From Squalus acanthias (taxonomy: Eukaryota), in the NCBI GenBank assembly GCA_030390025.1, contig CM059445.1:38626001-38690000 (forward strand): a stretch of 64,000 nt of DNA, written 5' to 3'. Position numbers and translations under genes: made by a program. The stretch's first letter is position 1; every line of letters begins with the position of its first letter. Below are positions 37,668-49,915 of the stretch, in pieces. Below the pieces are notes generated by a model. The model worked only from the letters and a program-made list of their open reading frames with translations. It was not told the origin of the DNA and made no database searches.

Positions 37668-39179
37668 CGTTGAGATTAACTTATCTCTGGTCTTTCAAAA
37701 AATCAGGATCGAGTGCAAACCAATATGGTGGGTACATTGGCCCGTATTTTCCGATTGCAGGCCTCCCGCGGGCGGAGGCCTGCGATCTGGAAAAGTCTGC
37801 GCCCTTACCTGAGGGGTCCTGGGACGCACGCGCTTCCGATGCTGGCCCTCACCAAACTCCAAGTGCGCAGGGCCCACGTATCCCAGAGGCGCAGGTACTT
37901 TGCAGCGTCCCTGGGATCACGTGGGCCATGGGGAGCCAATCAAAGAAGGGAATCTCCCTTCATACATTTGACAGGAAGACCTGTCAAATATATGAATAGA
38001 GATCAATGAAAAAACATAGTAAAACTTTAAATACATTTTTTTTTAAATCACATTTTTAAAATGACTTGAAATTACAATAAATTAAGTATTTTAAACAAAA
38101 ATTTAATTTTTTGAAAAAAAATGTAAGCTTTTTACGGGGCTAAAAATAAACTTACCTTTTTTTAAAGTATTTTTAAATGCTAAATCAGTGAAATTTTAAA
38201 AAAAAACTTTTTTCTACTCTTATCCTGGTAAAAGCAGGCCTTACGCCTGCTTTTACCAGGCGTAAAAATTATAAGGGTTTTCTGCGGGCGGAGGGTCTCC
38301 AAAAAGCAGAACTGTCCGCCCGCAGAGGCCCTTCTCCAGGGCAGCCGGAGGATCTGTCAAGACCATTCTTGACAGATCGGAAATGCCGGTTTTCAGCGCA
38401 TGTGCTGTGCATGCCTGAAACTGGCATTTCCGATGTCCCTACGGGTGGGTGCACAGCGCGTACCCACCCGTAGGGATCGGAATATCCGGCCCATTGTGTT
38501 TAATCGTAGTTTAAGATGGAACATAACGCACTAGTTATACAGCTAAAACGTATGACCGTGACAAGTAGCTGGTACCGGTCCTGACCGGACAGATGGCTGG
38601 CATGCATGAACAGCTCTTCGTCTTCCTCTCTCTTTCTGAACTGCCCAAGATTGTTAGACCGAAGTCAACATTAACTCCACTCTCAGGAGTCCTTTCTTCA
38701 CCGTCTGTGCTAGGGGCTTTTTAGGTGTCTCTTTTATATCCTTTTTATGGGGTGGACCTGGGATAAAATATTGACAAGTCCATTTAACCTTTAGAGGTTC
38801 CCCTTAAAACAAGGTGCCCAATGGCATGTCGAGTTCTTCGTTTAAACCATGGAAAAAGGGTCAACCCTCATGTTATCTCCCACCTGTCAGGGGTCCTTTT
38901 AGCCATTACACATGGTTTCTGTACCTAGCCAATCATGGCCTTACAGCATGTTGAGTGCTGTTTTCCCCTTATCTCATCCTGTCTTGTCCCCCCCCACCAC
39001 CTCCCCCCCCCCCCCCCAAAGCCTGGAGTCTCTTATCTCATACTCATTTTCCAAGAAAACAAAACCTAAGCAGTTCCAGTAAAACACAACTTATACATTA
39101 ACCCCTTACTTGTCTCACGCTTAAACACAGTATTATCCACGTCACAGTTTCATTCGCATAACCATATACATTTCTAACA
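37668..39179 (-). mobile_element. Solo LTR (about 755 bp without the nested MITE), ERV-like
   Basis: Ends CGTTGAGA (TG apparently changed to CG) and TCTAACA, with AGCA TSD at 37664-37667 and 39180-39183. Minus-strand TATAAAAG near 38735 and ATTAAA near 38500. Confidence 0.65.
37739..38492 (-). mobile_element. Harbinger-type MITE, family B copy 3, nested in the solo LTR
   Basis: TIRs GGCCCGTATTTTCCGAT and GGGCCGGATATTCCGAT (rc). ATT TSD at 37736-37738 and 38493-38495. Confidence 0.92.
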
Positions 39180-40120
39180 AGCAGCACCACAAAGGGGATG
39201 GCTGGAAAGATTTGGGGGAGGAGGTCAATGGAGCAGCAAATTGAAGTGGCAGAGAAATTAAAGAGCACACCAACAGCAAGGAGTTAAACTTAAGGGAACC
39301 TTTCCGGCTTAAAAGTTCCCAAAATAATGATGAAAAATATAGGACTTGTTCCCAGCTTTATACAAATGTAGCTTATGAGCCCTTTAAGGAGCATTGCAAG
39401 TTTCCCCCTCCTGACCTGGTTTGAGGTAGTGAGTCAGTTTTATTTTTTTCTGTAATTTTTGTCGCCCTACCGCCCCAGTTGGGTTCGGATTCTGCAGTTA
39501 ACTGGCCATTTTTTTTGTTGCCTATTTTAAACGTTTGATGCACTTTGTTAATTCCCAGTGAATTTACTTGCTCTTCTGTGGAAACATATGTAGGAGATGA
39601 TTGCTAGATTTGTTGATGGAGTTTCTTGTCCCTCGATGGTCCGGCAACATCTGTTTATTTACCAATACTGCAAGATGGAATATTTTCACATTAGTGAAAT
39701 TTCAGTTAGTGTGCCAATGTGGATAGTTTTCTGTCCTAGTATTGATTTCCATGCTAACAGCTGAACGTCTAATGTTAATATGTAGTAAACTCAATTATTT
39801 TGTGGTACAATATTCAGGCTGAATGAATGCTGCATGGTTGGTTGAGTAGATTTAACATAACCTCCTGTCATTGCTGTACAATAGAGCCAGTCCAACAAGC
39901 TCAAGAAGACAGCTCTGTACCTTCGCTATCTTATCCACAGCTGCAGTTAAAGACTGATTAATGGCATTAATACTCACACAACTAGTTATTGTCGCTTGGA
40001 ACAGACTTTAATGGTATTACCTTCATAGAAATGATTTGGCAAAGGGATAATTTAGTTTTCTACTTATCCTCTAATTCTCAAAGGCCCCTGATGCCAGCGG
40101 CTTGAGATTGAGTGACACAC

Positions 40121-40299
40121 GGGGGGGGGATATTTTAACCTGTTCCGCCTGTCGGGGAACTGATGGGATCGGGTGAAACATTGGTTTTACACCCCCCACC
40201 CTGATTTTACTCTCCATTTAGAGTAATATTAGGCTGGGTGTAAAGCCAACGTTCCACCCGATCCCATGGATTTCCCGCGCATTAAGTTAACATTACCCC
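40121..40299. mobile_element. Small fold-back MITE inside an old tRNA-SINE head
   Basis: Long internal inverted repeat (tgggatcgggtg...tttacaccc / gggtgtaaa...cacccgatccca). Ends ggggatattttaac and gttaacattacccc. Confidence 0.65.
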
Positions 40300-42136
40300 G
40301 TCAGAACGCTATTCTTTCCTTTCAGGAACCTAGGTTTGAATCCAGCTCAAATTCTAGGATTAACCTATCATCTTTATGATGATTGACAGAGTTCTAAGTA
40401 AATCTGAGCCTGGACAACAGCAACCCAATTTCCGGTGAATATGGTGTCACAGCGCAAAATTACCTATAATTTGGAACTAACTGAATAATAAGCAATCTCA
40501 TCTAGAAAGTCATAAGAATTACTGGTGCATGAAATAGAAATATCACAGAATGTGGAGCAGGTGCCTTACTGAAATAAGGGTTAAAGTACATAGCTAGGGT
40601 CGTGAGAAGGATGTTTAACTTATATCTGTCCCAGGATATGCATCATTTGGGAGTGCTCGATATTGATGAGAAGTGAAAAATGCCTCAATCACCATTAGCA
40701 ACATCCCTACGTTTCTGCACAAAAAATTAACCCAAATAACTTTTTCTGGCTTTAAAATGGGCATTTATTGGCACCAATAAAATTCACCATCCATTCAGAT
40801 GGCTAAGCTGAACATGGTAAAATTAGGTGTAAACTTCAAGGTCAGGTGCGGTTCCAGGTGTCATTCGTTGTGCCATCTCTCAACTGGAAGATGAAATAAG
40901 TAAATATCTGTGGTGGCTGTTTTTAACTCGAATTTGCATGTGAATATTATTGCCCGTGCAGAATCATCCAGTGATGAAACTAGAATTTGTTGTTTGACCA
41001 AATAAGCACAATGCAATGTAAAGCAGCAGTACACATATTCACGGTAAAAACAAATTGCACTATATTGTTCTTATTGCGTCGAGACAAAATAAGATGGAGC
41101 TAAACGAAGTATGCACATTGATTGATTATAATCTCTGATTCCAATAACCACTAATGCTTAACTTGGTGCTGCACAAAGAAGGTCTGAAGATTTGAAGTTT
41201 CAAAGCTCTCCTACCATTACATTTTTCTTATCTCTACAGTTGTGGCGCTATAGAATTTCTACTTGCAATTATTTCTTCCTGAAAGCTATCAAAATTGGAA
41301 GCGTACGCTGATATTTCTATTTCTGCAGCAAATCGTTGATAAGCAACAAGAATTACTTATCTCTTGCTCAAGAATAGACACATCAGTTCCCATTTTATAC
41401 CAGTCCTGCAACCTGTCACTAAACAGGAACATCTGAAATGATGTCCCCTTATCTGTGACTGTCCCACACAATTATGTGTTGGTACATCAAGTGAATCTGT
41501 TTCTGTGAAGTTTGTACAATCTGTGCACTCCTTTAAGGGACTTCTGGAGGTGATAACGCTCAAAACCAAATCAATCACATTCGAGCAAAGGCAAGGAGAC
41601 AGGTACACTGTGTGTATGAAATACATTTTAACCACTGACATTGCCCCACACAATTCAATTAAATAAAATAACAGATTAATTTTAAGCATGTTACTTGGCA
41701 CGAGCTGTATAATCAAGGATCCCGGTTATACGCAGTGAGCAAAGAAGCTGGCAGCTTAACTGGAATGTGGGCAACGTTTGCTGATCTTGATCTATTTAAA
41801 GTTCCACACACCAGTTTGAAAGATATGAAATACTGTGCTCCACATCACAACGATGGAGACACCATTTTGGGAAGCTTTCAAGCAGGTTAATTCCCCTTGA
41901 ATAGTTTGAAATGAAAACTTGCGCTTGGAATTTCCGTGGGGATTCTTCCGATGTCCCGCCGTAACGTCGGCCGACGATCGGGAGAAACAGCGTAATCATT
42001 TCCGCCGTCTCTTCAAGAATTCCACCGAAAGAACAGCTTGCAGCCCCACAGAAGTCTCTGCAAGAAATCAAATGCTGAGGGCACTAAGACGCAAGCTTCC
42101 TACTGATGGCAGACAGCATCCAGTCCCCGTGCTGTA

Positions 42137-42460
42137 ACATAGAAACGTAGAAGATAGGAGCAGGAGTAGGCCATTCGGCCCCTCGAGCCTGCTCCGCCAT
42201 TCGATGAGATCATGGCTGATCATCCAAACTCAGTACCCTGTACCTGCCTTCTCTCCATATCCCTTGATACCTTTAGCTTTAAGAAATATATCTAACTCAT
42301 TCTTGAATATATTTAATGACTTGGCCTCAACTACCTTCTGTGGTAGAGAATTCCACAGGTTCACCACTCTCTGGGTGAAGAAATTCTTCCTCATTTCTGT
42401 CCTAAATGGCTTACCCGTTATCCTTAGATTATGACCCCTGGTTCTGGACTCTCCGACCAT
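42137..42460 (-). mobile_element. Young CR1 3' fragment
   Basis: ORF 42230-42460 reads GESRTRGHNLRI.G.PFRTEMRKNFFTQRVVNLWNSLP. Very similar to 49537-49915. Confidence 0.93.
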
Positions 42461-43199
42461 AGTGTACAGCCCACTAATATGTATTCTGCAATCCTTTTAG
42501 GACTAGATGCGTAGACTTACACTGTACACGCCTGGTGAACAGAGAGGATGTTTTACTCCTGGAGCAAAGGAGCAGGCTTTGAGGCAAACCACCGTGGAGT
42601 GAGAAAAACATGGGAAAGGGTAGACAGTAGGCTGGTACGCAACTATAAAGTACTGTTCTGTCTTTAACCAGACAGAGCGCTTTAACTCAACAGTATGAGC
42701 TGTCATTTGAATTGCTTGAGTATGCTCGTAGCCTGCAGGCATTTTCATCCTCCACCTCTCAACCACCGAGGCTTGAGTAAACTTTGAGACTCTTGCTCCG
42801 AGCATGGTTGTTTTTTGAGCCTATTGTCATGTTGTGGCGATGTTTGGATTCTGAAGAGTGTCATGTGTCGGAAGCATCTTTACAACTATTGTAAAAGATA
42901 AAGCAATTCTATGCAATATCCCGTTGTATCCCAAGAGGAATAAGCAAGGGCAGGAGTACAGGGCCTGAAGTTGCGTGCTTTGATTTACCGATGGAATCAA
43001 TCAATCAAACTGTATCCTGTAAAGACAGATAGGTTGATTCAATCATTTATTTTTTAGTTTATAAAAATGGTTGACAAAAAGGTCTAATTTTGATATGATT
43101 TCTTCTCTGGTCATAAAGGACTCAGTGGCTGCAACGAACGAGTTGCAATTCAGGATCTACAGCAGAAAAGAGTGCTATATAATTTTGAATATATAAATA

Positions 43200-43563
43200 C
43201 AGGAAACTCTTTATTAACCGGCACCGACGGGACCGGCGTGGTGCCGGTTAATCAAAAAGTCCGGATAACGGAGAGTTATATCTCCCAACGTACGAGAGCC
43301 CCGTACACACTGACATGCGCCTGCATTCGGAGCTCCGTCTCCCCGGGGACCGCCAGCTGACCATCTGTCGTGTCCGCTGCCTACCCGGGCTGCACATTCC
43401 CCTCCCAATCTACACGCTCCGATACAAGGCAAACGCCTCGGGGTTTTTTTTAAAGTTATTTTTAAAGGAGAGATGAAGGAAAACCCCGGTTACCTACTCA
43501 AGAATTTTGCCGGTTAAGAGAGATTTCCGGTTATTTGGGTGCCGGTTAAAAGAGAGTTTCCTG
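43200..43563. mobile_element. Tc1/mariner (pogo/Tigger-like) MITE, 364 bp
   Basis: 26-bp TIRs CAGGAAACTCT(TTA/CTT)TTAACCGGCACC. TA TSD at 43198-43199 and 43564-43565. Confidence 0.88.
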
Positions 43564-43565
43564 TA

Positions 43566-43832
43566 AATATAAGATAGTCACCAATAAGTCCAATAGGGAA
43601 ATCAGGAGGAAATTCTTTACCCAGAGAGTGGAACTCGCAACCACATGGAGTAGTTGAGGCGACTAGCATAGATGCATTTACGGAAAAGCTGGATAAACAT
43701 GAGGGAGAAAGGAATAGAAAGTTATGCTGAAGAGGAGTGGGAGGAGGCTCGGATGGAGCATAAACCAATTGGTATGGACCAGTTCGGCTGAATGGCCTGT
43801 TTCTGTGCTGTACATTCTATGTAATTCTATGA
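43566..43832 (+). mobile_element. CR1 3' fragment
   Basis: aggaggaaattctttacccagagagtgg...gaatggcctgtttctgtgctgtacattctatgtaattctatg tail. Confidence 0.85.
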
Positions 43833-44741
43833 ATATATATGGCAAGTAAATTCAACCATAAATAGTCAGTTTTTCATAGAAAATATTCTTTTTATCCCAC
43901 TAAAGTATTTTATTTTGGTGTGACCTACTAGCCAATACTAAATTAAGATTGCACATCAATATGTGAGCGCAAAACCACTGCTTTCATAATATTTAAACAG
44001 TAGAAAATAAAATAAGAATAAAGGAGAGGAGGATGATGGTCATCTCCTACAAGACAGGACAACACCATCACCAGTACATGTTTCACTGCCATCATCTGAT
44101 AGATTACATTTTGAGAACATGTTGCTAGCTGTAAAATAATTCTATCTAAAAACCTGCTCCAGCCTTGTAACTTACTCCACACAATACTATAGTTTTACAT
44201 AGGGTTGAGGGAGTGGATGTTTAGGCCAATGGATGAGGTGATGATCAAGTGGACCACTTTGTCCTGGATGGTGTCGAGCTTCTTGAGTGTTATTGCAGCT
44301 GCACCCATCCAGGCAAGTGGAGAGTATGGGACAACACTGCTGACTTGTGCCTTGTAGATGGTGGAGAGGCATTGGAGAGATGGGAGGAGAGCCACTTGTC
44401 GCAGAATACCCAACCTCTGACTTGCTGTGTTGTAGCCATGGCACTTATGTGGCTGATCCAATTGAATTGTGTGAAATAGACGTACACAAAAAGTCGTTGA
44501 AACGTTAGCTCAGTCTTTTATGCTCAAATTATCTTTCTAAGCCGGGCTTAATAAAAGAGGAAGGTATTGGGGCAGAATGTTCGTTATCGAGGGGGTGAGT
44601 CTGCTTCACAACATCACTCATTGTCAGATAGTTTATTAATTTGATAATTCCGTGAAGTTCAAAACATTCTTTATACTGAGAAGCGAAAACTGACATACAT
44701 CTTAGATAGTCAGTAACTTTTAACAAATAGCAGATTACTCT

Positions 44742-44965
44742 GGCAAAATACTGCAGATGCTAGAAATCTGAAATAGAAATAGAAAATGCTGGAAATACTT
44801 AGCAGGTCAGGCAACATCTCTGGAGAGAGAGAGAGAGTTTAGGTCTCTCAACTCTCAGGTCGATGGCCTATCGTCAGGTCACCGACCTGAAACGTTAACT
44901 CTGTTTCTCTCTCCACAGATGCTGCCTGGCCTGCTGAGTATTTCCAGCATTTTCTATTTAGAGAT
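44742..44965. mobile_element. PLE fold-back insertion (family P1), two opposed terminal-repeat arms
   Basis: 15-bp TSD ATAGCAGATTACTCT at 44727-44741 and 44966-44980. The arms meet at ...tcgtcag|gtcaccgacctgaaacgtt... Confidence 0.85.
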
Positions 44966-45005
44966 ATAGCAGATTACTCTACATTTCTCTCCATTGTGAG
45001 ATTAA

Positions 45006-45892
45006 GGGGGAAAAATTCAGTATCGCCACGTTTGGAGCGCAATTATCGGTCGGGCGCAAAGTTTAGCGCCGGGCGTTAATTATCGCCTCCGACTGCAAAC
45101 TTGGCCTCTATCGCCCCTGGAGGTGATTGGAACGCTAAATCAGGCGCTACACACCTCTCTTAAGGCGCTAATGCCGAGGAGCGAGGCGCAACCTCAGACC
45201 GCTGGCGAAGCTCATGTGATGTCAGTCAGCAATGGAACACAGACACACTGGCGCCAGCCAGTTCTTAAAGGGGAGGGTTGATCTTGCTCTCCATCCACAC
45301 CCTGCTCATTGCAGCCTTGAATCTCGGCCTGGAGAGACCTGTACATCAAATCTGCTGGCAAGAACAATGGAGAGGCCCAGGGAAAGAGCTCAGAGTGCAG
45401 CCCCCAAAGTCTTTTCTAAATCGATGCAAGGAAGGTCAAATCAAAATGAACCTGCAAAGTGCTGCTCAGTACCCAAAACTCCTTCACACAGCGTTGAATC
45501 TCTCCAGAAGTCTCTCTCTCTCTCTCTCTCTCAGAATGCGTGGTGCAAAAATGTCGCCGACAAAAAAAGGCAGGATTCGGTCACCTTTAAATAGCGCTCC
45601 CCCAGTCCCTTCCCGACTACAAAACGCTCCCCTCAACCTGTCGTTGCTAGCGGCAGGCGGTAAGACAGGGGGCGCCACTCAATATCCGGTCCGGGGCGTT
45701 GCACGCTCGACTGACATCACGATCTGCGGGCGCAGGAGATCGTGGCAGTAGTGTTTAGCGCCGCCGCAAAATGTCTGGTCAATTTCGCGAGCGGCGCAAA
45801 CATCGCCGCACCCGGGCGCTAGTTGCTTTGCGCCCCATTAGCGCCCTCTTAGGACGCTGATGGGAGGCGCAAAGCAACCAAATTTTTCCCCC
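45006..45892 (-). mobile_element. Non-autonomous Harbinger element, family A copy 2
   Basis: Colinear reverse complement of 982-1868. Ends GGGGGAAAAATT...AATTTTTCCCCC with flanks TAA/AAA. Confidence 0.92.
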
Positions 45893-47039
45893 AAAGTGTC
45901 TAGCTTCCCCTATGGGCCGTAAATTTATCAGCTTTGCAAAAAACTTCGCCATCTGCAGTGAGTCAGGTGAGAATAGTTTGAAAATCAACGATTAGTAAGC
46001 AAAATTGATTTTTTTTTCCTATTCTGTTTCATTCTTTAAATCCTGTTCAAACCATGATTATTGATGAGCCTTTGCTTTTCTTGTCAGGGATAATTTCCTG
46101 CAGGCAGTGTTACATGCAAATGCTGTAAATTGTCCCTGTCTCATTACAGTAGAAGCTCTTTTTGCTTTACTTCCAAAGTAAAAAAAAAAAAGCTCATAAA
46201 ATATGAAATATATTGCTGTGCAGGATATCAGAATTTATATAAACTTCATGACAGTCATGAAATGCGAAACACCACTGTTAACACGTGTGAGTCTTTTCTA
46301 CCCTCTTTACCTTAGATTATTTCAGCTTTAGATCACTCTCATGGGTTAGTCCCAACTCCCTATACTTTCAGGAGTGTCTGTCCTTGACTTGAGATCCAGG
46401 TAAGCTTTTGCTCGCATGCTCAGGGGGAAAGAAAACCGCAAATGCTGTCTGGTAATTGCTTTTAGCTATTGGATGCAACCAGTGCCTCCATAAGATCTCA
46501 CTCCAATCTTCAAAAGTGGTAGAGCATTATATCTAACCACGTTTCAGCTTAAAATAGCAAGCAAATTTATCTTACAAAAGATGAACTGCATTGACAACAG
46601 TCATATGTTATAGTTACATATTTAAAACAGATACCCTTCTCCCGAACTCCTCAAGTCACTAGAATAATAAAATTATTGCAACTCCAAGAACAAAGTTAAC
46701 TCTTCATAAATAACATTTTTTTTTTGTTCATTCACAGAATGTGGGTGTCGCTGGCAAGGCCAGCATTTATTGCCCATCCCTAATTGCCCTTGAGAAGGTG
46801 GTGGTGAGCCGCCACCTTGAACCGCTGCAGTCCGTGTGGTGAAGATACTCCCACAGTGCTGTTAGGTACTGTAATAATACACAATATTTATTTTCCCAAT
46901 ATGCCTTACCAGTGTGAGAGCCCAATTAATCGGTAGTGTTTCTTGCAAATTCAAAGATATTTTCTGTCCTCCAGGAGTTTCAAACTGACTCCTCTGAGAT
47001 CTTCAAACAGATTCTTAGAATTAAGCAGAATATATAAAT

Positions 47040-47250
47040 AAATAGCAAAATACTGCAAATGTTAAGAATCTGAAACAAAAACAGAAGAATCTGGAAGCGT
47101 ACAGGTCAGTCAGCACCTTTGGAAAGAACAGACTGTGTGTAATGAAAGCAAAAAATTCTCGAAGTGGGACTAATTGGATTGCTCTTCCAAAGAGCTGGCA
47201 ACAGGCACGATGGGCCAAATGGCCTCCTTCTGTGCTGTATGATTCGATGA
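47040..47250. mobile_element. PLE end fragment (-) followed by a CR1 tail (+)
   Basis: gcaaaatactgcaaatg...aatctgaaacaaaaacagaa at 47045-47110, then gggccaaatggcctccttctgtgctgtatgattc at 47212-47246. Confidence 0.65.
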
Positions 47251-48064
47251 AATACACAACACATCAGTCTGCATCTGAAAGGGAAGGACAGATTAAATTT
47301 TATTTTACAAATTATTTCCAGATTCTGAAATTTGAAAAGGAACTGGCGGTCAAATACAAACAGAACCAATCTCACAGAACAATCAAACCGATCAGTGTTT
47401 ATGTTTGAACTATCCTCTCTCTAGCCCATAACCGACAAAATTTACAATGTTACACCGAAATAAGCTTTGTACAAGACTCTGTATTACAGTTGTATTTTTT
47501 AATTGCTTATGCTCTGTAAATCGGTTTAAAACAAGAGCTATTAAATCAAAATGGCAAAAATACCTTTTTTACTATAACCACCTGATTATCCATAGCTACT
47601 GTTATCAGGTGATAACATAAAATGGATGAAAAGTAATTGCTGTAAATTATGAATCATTCCTCTAATATATTCAAAGGACAAATAAATAATGTATTTCCAA
47701 AATAATTTTAGGGGTGACAATGTCCTTTTAACTCAAATATTCTGTCTTGTGCAGCAGTTCAAATGTTTTGTGTGACTGTCTGTCCAGAACAAGACAGATG
47801 TCAATAAGTTAGATATTGCTATGATTTTCTTCCACTCAGCTCCTATTGTGCCTTTGCAAAAAAAACAATCTCTGTGTATGATTCTACTTTGCAGATGGAA
47901 GGATTGTACTTGCTGCATCAAGTTCCAGGGACACCTTGAATTACTGTGTTAGGGTTGGAGATATTGCTTATGGGAGTAGTCAACTGCCTAACATGACCAA
48001 CAATCTCTTCAATCACCAGCAGATACTGATTTGAGACCCATTGGGACCAGCCATTTCTTATTTA

Positions 48065-48190
48065 TTTCAGCTCCAATGAAGGGTTACACCTGAAACATAA
48101 CCTGTCCTTTTTCTTCAAATTCCTGCCAATCTGCTGTGTATTTCCAGCTCTCAGTGCTTTTACTTCAGATTTCTAACACTTGCGCATTAT
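48065..48190 (+). mobile_element. Old PLE terminal repeat with decayed hammerhead
   Basis: ccaatga-agggttacacct-gaaacat followed by ctgctgtgtatttccagc...ttcagatttc. Confidence 0.55.
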
Positions 48191-48789
48191 CTCCAATTCT
48201 TATTTATATCTGTGCCTAAAAAAAAGTTGCTTCTAAATAAGGAAGCAGGAGTGACCATCATTTCCGCATAAAACTTGTTTTAAGGTTGCAGTTATCCTGC
48301 CATTTTTGCATCAATGCAGTTTTGGGTGAATAGTGATACAAAAGTGGCCTAACAATTCAGAAGATTACTTATCGCACCAAAACAATGAGATGTGAGACCT
48401 CCCCTCTCCAGAAAGCCATCTTGCATCAATTTGCATTTGCACTGGGTGCAGTATAACTACAGCCCAAAGAGGATTTTTCTTTTCCTCGTGGTCCCATCAA
48501 GATCTCCCGACACTATGCATCATTTGCAGCTCAGAGGACAGGCGACCAACGAGTTTCCATGCGCTTGAAATCGATCTGTGTGGTGGCCAACAGCATTCCA
48601 GTGAAGGCTCTTCCACCCTTCCTGAGTAGAAGTCCCTGGCTTCCATTTGGTGGCACAGCTGAAATCACACATTGGAGTCCTGGGCCATTTCACCACTTCT
48701 GAAGCAATTTGCTGTCCTTGGGATGTGCTTTTATTGTGTTTTGGGAACCTGGGAAAAACTAACTGATGCTGATTGAAACCGATACAAAT

Positions 48790-48955
48790 TAGAATCATAG
48801 AATCATACAGCACAGAAGGAGACCATTTGGCCCATCGAGTCTGTGCTGGCTCTCTGAAAGAGCTACCAATGCGACCCACTCCACTGCTTTTTCCCTATAG
48901 CCCTGCAATTTTTTCCTTTTTAAGTGGAGATCCAATTACATTTTTGAAAATTACC
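48790..48955 (-). mobile_element. CR1 3' tail fragment
   Basis: agaatcatagaatcatacagcacagaaggagaccatttggcccatcg, the same family as 698-980. Confidence 0.8.
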
Positions 48956-49536
48956 AGGTGTATTTTAATATATTATGTGTAGAAACATACATCGTTGTAT
49001 AGATGTAAAAAATTAATGAATATAAGCCTCTGTTTTTTTCCTCGTCACTTTCCTCCCTCTCCTCCTGAAGATGCAAGTTATTCCATGGGTATGGCTGCAA
49101 ATATGTCCCCTCCCTGTTATCTTGCCCAAGTGGACATTATTCCTGTCTGAATATTAATAGTGAGGGTCACTTGCTTTTTTGACTTTGGGGGTATCACAGC
49201 TGAGCTCAATCCCGACATCCACTTCCAATAGCAGTCACGGGATCCTGATCTGGAGCATGATCAATTGCTGTCTCGTAAACAATTTAAGATTGAGGCAAAA
49301 ATAAACTGATAAGATCAATTTTCGCACTCCTCTTGCCACGAAGAATCGAACCTGAGGCTTTAGCGGCCGACAGGGCTAAGTGTGCCTGAAGGGATATTTA
49401 CTAGTCCTAGCCCCTTTAGGGCCACCCCGGATCAGGCGTATTTCTCAGACGTTCACTTTCAACTAAAGTTTGAGGTAGCCAAATCCTAAAGACGCTTAAT
49501 TGGGTCTAAAGGTCCGGGCTATCTCTCCCTAAATGA

Positions 49537-49915
49537 AACATAGAAAACATAGAAACATAGAAGATTGGAGCAGGAGTAGGCCATTCGGCCCCTCGAGCCT
49601 GCTCCGCCATTCAATGAGATCATGGCTGATCATCCAAACTCAGTACCCTGTCCCTGCTTTCTCCCCATATCCCTTGATCCCCTTAGCCTTAAGAAATATA
49701 TCTAACTCCTTCTTGAATATATTTAATGAATTGGACTCAACTGTCTTCTGTGGTAGAGAATTCCACAGGTTCACCACTCTCTGGGTGAAGAAATTCCTCC
49801 TCATCTCTGTCCTAAATGGCTTACCCCTTATCTTTAGGCTGTGACCTCTTGTTCTGGACTCACCCGCCATCGGGAACATCCTTCCTGCATCTAGTCTGTC
49901 TAGTCCTGTTAGAAA
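49537..49915 (-). mobile_element. Young CR1 3' fragment
   Basis: ORF 49640-49879 reads MFPMAGESRTRGHSLKIRG.PFRTEMRRNFFTQRVVNLWNSLP. (AAACATAG)n tail. Confidence 0.93.
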
